Positions 54,025 through 64,000 of a stretch of 64,000 nt of DNA are shown one piece after another. The notes beneath the pieces were generated by a model. The model saw only the letters and a list, made by a program, of their open reading frames with translations, ran no database searches and was not told the DNA's origin. The first letter of the stretch is position 1. Every line of letters starts with the position of its first letter. Position numbers and translations under genes: made by a program. Source of the DNA: Auanema rhodensis (taxonomy: Eukaryota > Animalia > Nematoda); NCBI GenBank assembly GCA_964057225.1, contig OZ059894.1, positions 15,066,001-15,130,000 on the forward strand, in the 5' to 3' direction.

Positions 54025-54512
54025 TACTAATTTCTGCTTAATGAACTTGCATATTGTCGATATATCGTTGATAATGAGTTAAACAGTATTTATACGTTCT
54101 TATTAATTATTCGGGTGTTCTGTATTATGTATATCTCTAGTCTATACATTCCATGTTCTGTTTTCATCGAATGTTTAGTTTTAATAAATATTCATTAAAT
54201 CCGTAATTGGTTTTAAGTTAGATTAAGGTGGCAAGGTAGTTGGATTCATTTCTCCAATTATGAGAAAACGAATGAGAACGAGATTAAGCATGATGTTTAA
54301 ACGGTTACAGGTTTTCCAACACAGGTTATTACTGTATTGAATTAGATGAACCAGCTATTCTTCGAGTTTGACCTAATTAGGCCAAGCGTTTCCATATAAA
54401 TGAAGTCTGAAGTCAGTGAGATATTTAACTATTCATTTTTACTTCTGTTTTGTTGTCACTAAATATCACTTTTTATTTCGTTTAACTATGATTTTTAAGC
54501 CAGCAGAAGCAT

Positions 54513-56006
54513 ATGTTAAAGCTATTAAGTCTCCTTTTAATTGTGAGCACAGCTACGGCCCTGTTCTTCGGATCAGGGGGAGGTGGTGGTTGCTGCTGTG
54601 GTTGTGGAACACCACAGCCAGCTTCTTGCGGGTGTCAGCCTGCTGTAAGTGAGCTTGTGGAAGAACATTAGAATAAAATTCATTACAGTGTCCAGCTCCT
54701 GCTCCATGTCCGGTTTGCGCACCACCACCACCATGTCCACCACCACCTACTGCTATTTGCCCACAAGTTAATCCTATCTACATTCCTTCATGTCAAGGTA
54801 TATTCTATTTAAATTGATTGTTTTTTTTGCGTATTGAAAAACTGAATTATATTCTTAATGCTCATACTTATCAACTATTAGGTTCTACTTGTGGAGGATC
54901 TTCATACGCCAGTAATTCATATGCAACTGCCAGTAATTCATATGCAACTGCTGGAGGATGCGGCGGAGGCGGTGGCGGAGGAGGAGGCTGCGGTGGAGGT
55001 GGAGGAGGATATGCCACTTCGGGATATGCTAGTGCTGGAAGAGGTAAGCTCTTTTTACTTCACTAAACGAAGAGTTTTTTAGAAATCACATATAATTTTG
55101 TTCATTCTGTTAAACCATTCGTTTTTAGGAGGATATGCTGCTCCACTTGGTGGAGGATATGCTGCTCCATTAGGAGGTGGTTATGCCTCAGGAGGAAATG
55201 GAGGAGGTGGCGGTTATGCCGCAGGAGGAAATGGAGGAGGATATGGTTGTTCAAAAAATGAAAATATCTTCTCATACTAATTATTTTAGCCGGTAACTCA
55301 AATTCATACGATGCTTCAAATAATGCCCCTGAGGCACCTACCGGAAACATCGTACCACCACTAAACCAGGCATTCCACTCACAGGTTAGAAGAAAGGTCA
55401 GACACTTGATTTTGCCTTACAAAATTAATTATTTCAGGAACCTAACTGTGATACTCAACAAATTAAATACATAGTATTGCGATCAAAGAAGAGAAGAGGT
55501 AACAATGAAGATATTGATGAGGAAGAGATGGAAGAGGTTGAGCGCCCAACTGCTTTGGAATCAACTGCAGCCCCACTTGATGTTAAAGACTTAACTGATG
55601 ATCTCTCTCAAGTTGATTTATTAAACGGATCTGAAGCAGAAGGTAAATTAAAATCACTTTTCCCGCAATAATATTCTTAAGAATTTGTTCCAGATCAAGC
55701 TCGTGCTCGAGGTGCTCCAACTTTCACGGACGCTAAATGTAACAGCAAGCCTTTGAGAGATCTTATTTTGGAGGTATGCACACAGTTACTTGAAATTGAA
55801 TACAAAAACCATTTCAGAACGTTGTTCGCGAGGATGCTTTGGCTACCAAGAGACAAATTCATGATGCTTCTTTGAAGAAATTCCCTGACCATACTGTTGA
55901 TATTATCTGTTCAGGAACTGGCTTTACATATCTTGTTTCAACCACTGAGCATTGTGAAGCTCAAAAGGACAATGTTATATGTTTCGTTTACAAGAGACCT
56001 CTTTAA
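54513..56006 (+). CDS. Hedgehog-related ground-like (GRL) secreted protein
   Basis: Signal peptide then LFFGSGGGGGCCCGC; Pro/Cys-rich stretch; Gly-Tyr-Ala repeats; basic site RSKKRR; C-terminal ground-like domain AKCNSKPLRDLILE..KRQIH..DIICSGTGFTYLVSTTEHCEAQKDNVICFVYK. Confidence 0.92.
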
Positions 56007-56161
56007 ATGAACGCCGAAAAAACTAATAAGCGAATCATAATAATTTGATTAATATATTGTTTCCTTAATATTCAGAGTTTATAATGAAGTTTTTCATTCT
56101 TATTTTATATACAGATACCTGAAAATTCAGAAAAAAAAACACATAAAAAATTGATAAAGCC

Positions 56162-57621
56162 TTATTGAAGACACGTATCGAGATGTGAATTAATAGCGTT
56201 TGGCGAAATTTTTCTAAAGCATGCTGGACAATCCACAGTATCCTGAATTGTAATACATTCTGTAGGCATAGATGGATTAGGTTTTTTCCTTGGAAGAGGT
56301 AAAGTAGGCTGAGTTAAATCAATTATTTCAATTTCCTCTTTCTTATTGACAGTTTTACTAAAAAATGACAGTTTTCTAGAAAGTGAAAAGCGCATATGCA
56401 AACCTAGTTTCTTTAAGTTTGTTAACACCTGTGTCCCATCGGCTAAGTAATGATGAAATTGAACTACTACCACCTAGTTTTGTTCCACTTCCCATAAAAA
56501 CATCTAAAAAATCGGTTTTCGTCATTTAAGACATTAAGAAGTCACTTATTGATGTTGATCTTGATTCCTTTGATGGGGAAGGGCCAACGTTCTCTATAGG
56601 AACCTGGCTAGGCGAGATAAGTAGACTGTTACCGGTATTATTCATATCAATCATCGATTTATCTTTTCCTTTTATCCAATTGTCTAGCGTGTTAATATTT
56701 TTACTTTTACTAGTTTTTTCTATCTTTTGAGATTGTTGGGTCTTTAATTATCGGAAATAGTACAATAGAACTTGAATAAGAACTTACGCTTAATGTACGA
56801 TCAGCCTTCGAAGTTTTTTGACCATATCCCTCCGGTTCTTTAATTTTCACAAATGTGCCTATATAACACATACTAGAATACCAAAAAAAAAATTATTTAC
56901 CATTACAAGAAGATGCATGAGCTCCCCACCATCTGTCATTAGGTCCGGGCGCTCTATTTGAAGCTCTCTTCACAAAACCGAAAAAAGGTTTCTGATGTTG
57001 GCATGGCCCATCACATCTTAAGTCGAAAGCATTATAAACAGATATAATACGTAATAAAACCTCCACCAATGAGTTTTATAAACTGCAACTTCTGCATGAA
57101 ATGTATGATAAATTGTTATATTAGTTCCAGCTAATTTGTTAATTCTGTAAAGTTTGCTATGGTAGAACAATATCAGAATTAGTGATAACCTATGCATATG
57201 AAATTGAAACTCAGATCCATGACCATCTCTATCCCGATTATTTGCAGTAATAAAAAGGAAAGCATGAATCATTTCATGCTTAAATGAAAGAAATGAATAA
57301 ATAAAGACGTTATGATGAAAAGTACCAATAATGTTTCTACCAAATCTTTTCTAGGACGAAGGGTCAGCAATGGTTTGCTTAAACGAATCGAACAAAAGCC
57401 ACTTCGTCCTTCATAACTACATACACCGGCGCAACTTTAATATTATAGTTATCACCATTAAGAAATAAGGAGACTTACGTGGTCATTCGTGGACTCCATT
57501 TTACCTCACAACACAATAGTTTTCCTTGGAAAAATCGAGTATTATATTCCAGAAAAAGAGCATGAATATCAGGGCATGGATCTAACAGTTCATACTCCGG
57601 GTTAACTAGGTCTATTTCCAT
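56162..57621 (-). CDS. dvc-1: SprT-like DNA-protein crosslink protease (Spartan/DVC1)
   Basis: PCPDIHALFLEYN..FF; VKWSPRMT.CAGVC; IRLSKPLLTLRPRKDLVETLLHEMIHA (HExxH); GHGSEF; TIYHTFH; RAPGPNDRWW; C-terminal UBZ CPAC..INSHLDTC. Confidence 0.96.
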
Positions 57622-57912
57622 GAAGACCTCTTGGTGCCTATTTATTTACAAGTGATATTTCGCAAGAAGCGGGTGATCAATTTTGTCGAAATACTTATAT
57701 TAGTGTGAGTTCATCAATTTTCTAATCCATATAGTGCAGATTAATAAAGAAACATAGGAGAAAAATTATTTTTAGCTATAACAAATTTGTTGAAATCAAA
57801 AATTATTTTAAACGGTTTTGAATATACGCAAAGTCTCGTGTCACGTATCTCTTATTTAACTATTTTAAAATCTCTGAAGTTAACATAAAGTACTACTAAC
57901 TATTCTGAGTAA

Positions 57913-60581
57913 ATGGCTTCCACTGGAATGACTTGTTGGAAAACTATAAGAGATAGACTAGGTGATTCAAATAATCATACTGATAAATTAAATACTCATG
58001 TTCTACTGTTTTAGTGGAAGAACGGTCTAAATATCTAAATTTTGGAGCAGAATGGACGTATTATAGACCAATATCTAATAATGTTTGATATATTTTTCTG
58101 TTCAAATTTTATATTATGATTGTAGTTCTCTAATTTTGGAAATTTAAGTCCTTTGGAACAGGAAGCAACTTTGATTAGTGACGTTTGCTTGCTTCTTGCG
58201 GTATAAGAATCTATCTCACTTTCTTTATAAAATTAAACGGTTCAGGGTTGGAATGGAGAATTCGTTCGAATTACCGATGATATATTAAATTGTAAATTAG
58301 TTATTCATAACCGAATGGATCCCTACCTCAGGTACGGTAGTTTTGAAACTGTCTTTTATCAGTCATCGATAGGTCGTCCGTTGAACGGTTTGAAGATTAT
58401 ATAGCTTCGATAGTTCGTATAAGGAAATATGCCGCAGGTATATTTTATTATCTAGTATTTCAATAGCTTAACGACCATTTAGATGGTGGTAAACTGAGAT
58501 CTCAGTTAGCTTCCGCTGTATTATGTGATGTTAATAGAAAGATAGACGAGTTGTTACAACCAATTTTAGTTCAGGATTATAGTACTATAGTATGTTAATT
58601 TTTCAATATTTTTACACATCAACATCTTTGCAGGAGCATCCATTGAATAACTTGTATCACAAAGTTGCCAAGTTGAAAACTATATTTAAGCACTATGAGG
58701 TTCTTTCTAGGGAAATTTATGAGGTAGAGGTTCGGTCATGATAAAGTAATCATTTAATATTTTAGAACAAGCTAGTAGGAGGTCAAGTTCTAAATGTTCT
58801 TGATAAAATGAGTGAAAAAGTTTTTGAAACAGATCTAGATAACATTCGGCAATTTAAAGAAGTATGTACGAATTATAAAAAGTTGTTTCAAATAAATATA
58901 TTTTAGGTTTATTGGAGAAGATTTATTTGTGCTATTGGTTCCTGGATCGATAGAGGTTACGTAGATGATCCATGTTATGAGGTAAGATGTTAAAATTAAT
59001 CTCTTTCATTTTTTTGTTTTAGTTCTTTATTTGGCCAACTAGCGGTATTAGTGCTGTTGATATGCGTACAATTGAGGATAACCTTCCCGCAAATCTGAAG
59101 TAACATTGTAACTATATAACTATTTATGTTTTTGTTTGGATTTTTAGGAAATCTAGCAAATACGTCGTAGTGCTGGATTTATGTCCAACACGCGTTGTTA
59201 ACTTGATTGAACCTATTTTGCAATGTGGCTTGGACAGAACCTCTCAAGGTAGCTGGTCTCAGCTTCTTCTGTTTAATTGTACTTTTATAGATGTAAAGAT
59301 CAATTGGAAATTATTAGACGAATATGAATTCTCCCGTGTGGTTTGTTTTTTGTTTTGTTCAGTTTTTTACGTTTTTTGAAGGTTCTTAAATTATCTAAAA
59401 CTATGGCTGAAGGAGTACTTCGTAAAATGAAACTCGAAGATAATCTTGATACTGTGATAGCGTTAGTTAAATTTTCCATGATTTCTAAACGTTTTGGCTG
59501 TTTTAGACAAGTTCATCTTTTTTTTGTTTTAACACCTTGTGTGTCTTGGTTGTACGATGCTCTTATCAAGCATCATCTTTTTGATCGTTCTTTCAATTCT
59601 GTAAGGTTTACGTTCACATCAAGTTTAATTTTAATCTGCTATAGGTCCGGAAATCTGAAAAAAAGACGCTAACTCAAGCATTCCATAGAGACTATGCAGA
59701 AAAAATGCCTGTTGTTCAAGTTTTTTCGTAGGCTTATAGTTCATTTACCTCTCAAATTTTCATGAATTTAGTTTTGAAACTGCTGAAACTGATATATTTG
59801 ATGCTCTTCTCTCCACAACTAGAGATAACTCCAGCTTGGAAAAAACTGTTATTGTAAGTTGGTTTTCTATTGATAAAATTAATCATATATTTTAGCCCAA
59901 CTTTTATGACATGCTTGATGTATCAGTGAACACAAGTAAATTACCCCCAGTTTTCTCATCATTGTGTCTAAAGGTTTTCCGCCAAGTTTTTCGACTTCAT
60001 TTGCATCTAGAAATTGCCACTAAGAAGCTATGTGAATTGTATTACATCAAATATACTACGTTTCTATTTTTGTGATTTCAGAAAAGCTGACCTTCCTCGT
60101 AAAGGAATTTCGGATCCTATTATTCGATCTCAACTGTTTCTTCTTGATCGCTTACATCGACATCTTATCGACTTCAGAACAACAATCGCAAGTGGAGTAA
60201 CAATCGCTGCTAGAAACTTTGATACAGAATATTCTGCAGTACGTCTTATTATTAATTACCTTTATTGACTCGAAATTAAGATTGGAAGTGTGTACGAGCT
60301 TCAAGAATTACAAGATCGATTTGCTCATGATATCCTAGTGGTATGTATTTTTTAATTTTTACTCACATGTGAATTTTTTTCAAGTCCACTGGATTAAACA
60401 AGCCTTCTCTTGTGCATGTTTTGCAAGATCTGCTTCTCCTGATTGATTCTTACGATAAGACGGTAATATTTCTATGCATTCATATGTGTCATCATTTTCA
60501 ATTATCAATTAGGCTTTCGAAAATATCCAAGAAGAATATTTTGAATGGAGAACGAAGATGGATGCTCTTCAATGTTTCTAA
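57913..60581 (+). CDS. Divergent gamma-tubulin complex component (Spc97/Spc98, GCP family)
   Basis: QEATLISDVCLLLAGWNGEFV; GGQVLNVL; SWIDRGYVDDPCYEFFIW; Y.VVLDLCP..IEPILQCG; FRQVFRLHL. These are GRIP-domain-like motifs. The specific paralogue cannot be resolved. Confidence 0.72.
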
Positions 60582-60756
60582 TCTGAAATGTTATGTACTG
60601 TAATATTATGAACATAATATATCCTCTAACTATTGTTTTATCAAGTTTAAGCTACGATAAAAACTTTGCTCATTTTCCATGTATCAAGCAATTCTGGCTT
60701 AAATTCTCCTATTTACCTTAACAATTTCCAAGTTTTGAATATAGTTCAAGTTATAG

Positions 60757-63052
60757 ATGACGAAGAGGGTTAACCATGTTTACATACCTATTTTTTTATA
60801 TTCAATAACTGCTTCAATGTTTATGCCTGTAATTCAGTCATTCCTGTTTTCAAAAGTGAAGCTTTGAGTTTTGTTCTGAAGTAATTTAATAGTTTTGAAG
60901 GTATGTAATTCTTTTGTCGATACCAATGGCACGAGATTGAATTGTTTGGATAAGTCAGCTTCACAGAATGTAGCTATACATAAGGAAACAAATACTATCC
61001 TATTGTTCGCGTAAGATATTTCTTTGGTTCAAGTCATACGTAGCATTTCAGCTCTGTTGCTATTTGCGTGACAGCGATGTGTTCTTCAGGTATAATAGGA
61101 AAAATTAGTGATCAGCGATCCCGGAAGATGGCAATGCTCATTCCTTTTCTTGGATTAGTAATTGCCGATATTACTTTGCTATTTCAAGTTTATTTCCCAC
61201 AGGTCTAGTTTCACGAGTTTTGCAACAAAACATTTTCTCTTTCTTATTCAGATATCTCCGTATTTTATTATTTTGTCAGAATTTATTTTTGGATGTTTTG
61301 GAGGCTATATAACCATTTTCTCATCTGCCTTTTCTTTTCTGTCTTCACTTAGTTCTTCAAATGAAGAAAGAAGCAAATTAATAGCAAAAATGGAAGGCCT
61401 GATAGGTTTAGGAGGTTTGGTTCAGTGCATCTTAATTATTTGAAAACTTAACCATGCTAAAAATTCAAATATTTTTTATGTGCTGGTTGATGTTTGCAGA
61501 GTTTTATTTTTTGTTTAAAAAATTGCGCAACCGGCTGCATTCAATGAAGGCTATTACCAATCTCTTTTTCAATCAAATATAAAAAAGCGAAGAATGCTTT
61601 CATTTGTTTAAGGATTTATAGATTTAAATGTGAAAAAGAAATTCAGGAATGATTGGTTTCATGATTAGCAGCCAAATAGCTACCATAACTTACTTCTATG
61701 GATGCGTAATATCTTTTCTTATTCACTTATGCTGCATACTGTACATATCTTTAGTAACTGAGGACATAAAACGAGATGACACTCTTAAAACGGTTAGAAC
61801 ATTCGAATTGAGGAATAAATTGCTCTTTTTAGAAAAATTCATCAATGCTACTGGGGAATGACGCAGAAAAGTCAAATAATAAAAATTGGGTTGTCATTTT
61901 GGTGTACATTTGTTTTGCTTGCTCATTTTTTGCATTCATAGGTCAGATATATTTGTTTCGTGTAATCAAGGTTGCGAAAACGTATTTAGGATCTACACAT
62001 ATCTTGTTTTTTTATTTAAAAAGTCGATTTGGATGGGATGCAGAGCAATATAGCTATTTAAGAGTTGGAATTCAAGCCAGTTCTACGTTGATGGTAAGAA
62101 TATGGACTGCAGATTAACAATTACAAAGTACAAAGGCAGTAGAAAACCTTTTTGTTAACTTTGAAGCTCTTGTTTTTGTATATATTTGTCTGGAAAATAC
62201 GTGAGATGAAATTCTAAACAACATGCTTATTTAGGCTTTGTTGGCGTATCCCTGGCTTAAAGGAAAAGGGGTCCGTGATACAACACTGTCAATCGTTGGA
62301 CTGCTTGCAAGAGCTCTCAGTAAACTTTGGATAGCTTTAGTGCCATCAGCATCATTTATGATCACATGTAACATTGAAACTTTGATTTTCTTAACAATGC
62401 ATAGGTGTTTAGGCATATTTCTTGAAATGCTCTCGCGTTTTCCTGCCACTGCTCTTCGATCTTTAATTGCCTCCAACGTTAAAGCACATGAAAGAGGTTA
62501 GCATTTCACTAAGATTCAAATCAAAATAGTAGAGAACTTGATGTCTAGGTAGCGCTTTTGCTACCGTTGGAAGCATTGAAGCATTCTGCAATCTTTTGGC
62601 TGCCTTTGTATTTCACACATTATTTCCTTGGTCACTTTCATTCCTGCCACAGTTATCATTTATAGTTATGTCAGCACTAATCATACCACCTACTTTCTTA
62701 TTGATGTGAGTTTCTAAATATTTTTGTTAATTATCTAATAATATACAGTAGATTATTATGCTTTCTTTTTCAGAATTTTCAAGAAGAAGTTTAAAGAAAA
62801 TTGAGTTTTTATCAACAACTTTATGAGGTTTATAGAGTTTAAAACACATGCATGTATACAATACAGGTTCTGTTCTAAGCATTATGTAATAAATATTCAT
62901 ATTTAAAAAGAATTCAAATAAATTATTTATAGTAATTATCAATCCTTTTAAAAAAAAACGAGCTCAGATCATGCAAAATAGCAAAATATATACTTTAGGG
63001 GATTCATGTAACTGCAGAATTTCCGCTATATTTAGATTTCAAAGTTCATTCT
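60757..63052 (+). CDS. MFS transporter, SLC46/PCFT-like; 3' end uncertain
   Basis: About 12 hydrophobic segments; GKISDQRSRKMAMLIPFLG; GCFGGY; ERSKLIAKMEG; FFYLKSRFGWD; ALRSLIASNVKAHERGSAFA. Last exon not resolved. Confidence 0.85.
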
Positions 63053-63214
63053 AAAATCAAATCCACCACAAGGGTAATTATGTAATATGATTATATTTTC
63101 TTTATTTTTTAATTCGTTGCTAAACATTAAATGAATAATTATGTTTATTACAGAGCGCTGTAAACAATTTGCAGTGTACTGATGTATGAAAATAAATTAC
63201 AATGTTTCAGAAGT

Positions 63215-63483
63215 TTAATCCAAATTTAAATAGGATTTTTTCCAACGGTCATCATTGGCACGATATGGATTCAAGAACATCTTGCGACGGAATGCATAAG
63301 CTTCTCGTGGAACAGGAACGTAACTATTCCTGTAAAAAAGGTTTTAAGAAAATAATTTTAAAGGTCTTCTGTAACTGTCTACTAGAATACTCACCGTCTG
63401 TCATCCATCATATCAAACACACGTTGCGAGTAACCGAACTCGAAAACAATCAGGAGCATCAAAATAATCGCAAAAAACCGCAT
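63215..63483 (-). CDS. Neuropeptide-like precursor (67 aa, 2 exons)
   Basis: TTTAG just before the ATG; exons 63483-63395 and 63329-63215 with GTGAGT..TTTTACAG intron; MRFFAIILMLLIVFEFGYSQRVFDMMDDRRNSYVPVPREAYAFRRKMFLNPYRANDDRWKKSYLNLD*. Signal peptide plus RR, RRK and KK sites. Confidence 0.75.
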
Positions 63484-64000
63484 TTCTAAAGATCACAATG
63501 TTGATAAAAGTTTTTTTTCGAACAGTGAGAAGATCTAAGAAAAAATGGAAAAGCCTGGTGTGACGGCAAAAATATGTAAGAATAAAATAACCAAAAATTA
63601 TTTCAAACATGTCAATCGTGTTTTTCACAAACCAAGCTTCAAGAGAACTCTTCAGTAACTGAATAACTTTCAACTTCGATGAGTTAAATAGAACAAAAAC
63701 ATAAATAGTTAAGAGGAATAAAAGGGGAGGAGGACGAATGTGAACTGTGTAGTTATATCTCTTCCTATCCCCATCAATGTAAAAGCAAAGCACTTTCTGG
63801 TTTGTATGAAGTAGAATAATATTAAGGAATTTTAGGAAAATTAGTCTGAAGCTGGAATAAGAATGAAAGTCAAGCCAGCTAGGGGTTTGTACTAATCGTA
63901 AACATAATTAAAGCAAAGGAATTTGAAGCTCCACCTACTTCTTGATTTTGGCTCTTTTCGGTCTTTTTCTTTTATAAACGAGAAAGGGAGGAAAAGATGT

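Noticed and set aside
63413-63793. 126-aa minus-strand ORF
   Set aside because: Non-ATG start and no domain. The real coding frame begins at 63483 after a TTTAG acceptor.
1-64000. tRNA, rRNA, SL RNA, telomeric (TTAGGC)n arrays, CRISPR or prokaryotic systems
   Set aside because: None seen by eye. TTAGGC occurs only as isolated hexamers and the DNA is clearly intron-containing and eukaryotic. A covariance-model scan would be needed to exclude small ncRNAs.

Overview
Eukaryotic genomic DNA from a nematode, most likely a rhabditid (clade V). It is very AT-rich, with TTTCAG/TTTTAG acceptors, many 40-55 nt introns and nematode-specific gene families. Most ORF-track entries are partial exons or noise, so genes were spliced by hand. 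Left half (1-35 kb): a 4-TM protein with PPxY motifs, an amine-gated-type Cys-loop chloride channel, a secreted ShKT protein, an MSP-like-domain gene, a single-Kunitz gene, and a ~17 kb Kunitz/Cys-repeat gene whose 5 kb intron holds two antisense short prolyl 4-hydroxylase (phy-4-like) genes. 35-40.5 kb is noncoding and probably regulatory. At 40.5-41.5 kb is a near-perfect 258-bp inverted repeat with internal AGTAGT/ACTACT (Maverick/Polinton-like) ends and a frameshifted cargo ORF, abutting an orphan non-alpha nAChR-like gene. Right part is gene-dense: bub-3, mrps-12, capg-1, tapt-1, a ground-like gene, dvc-1/SPRTN, a gamma-tubulin complex component, an SLC46-like transporter, and a two-exon neuropeptide-like precursor missed by the ORF track. 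CDS coordinates are spans of spliced genes. Family calls come from motif recognition, not database searches.
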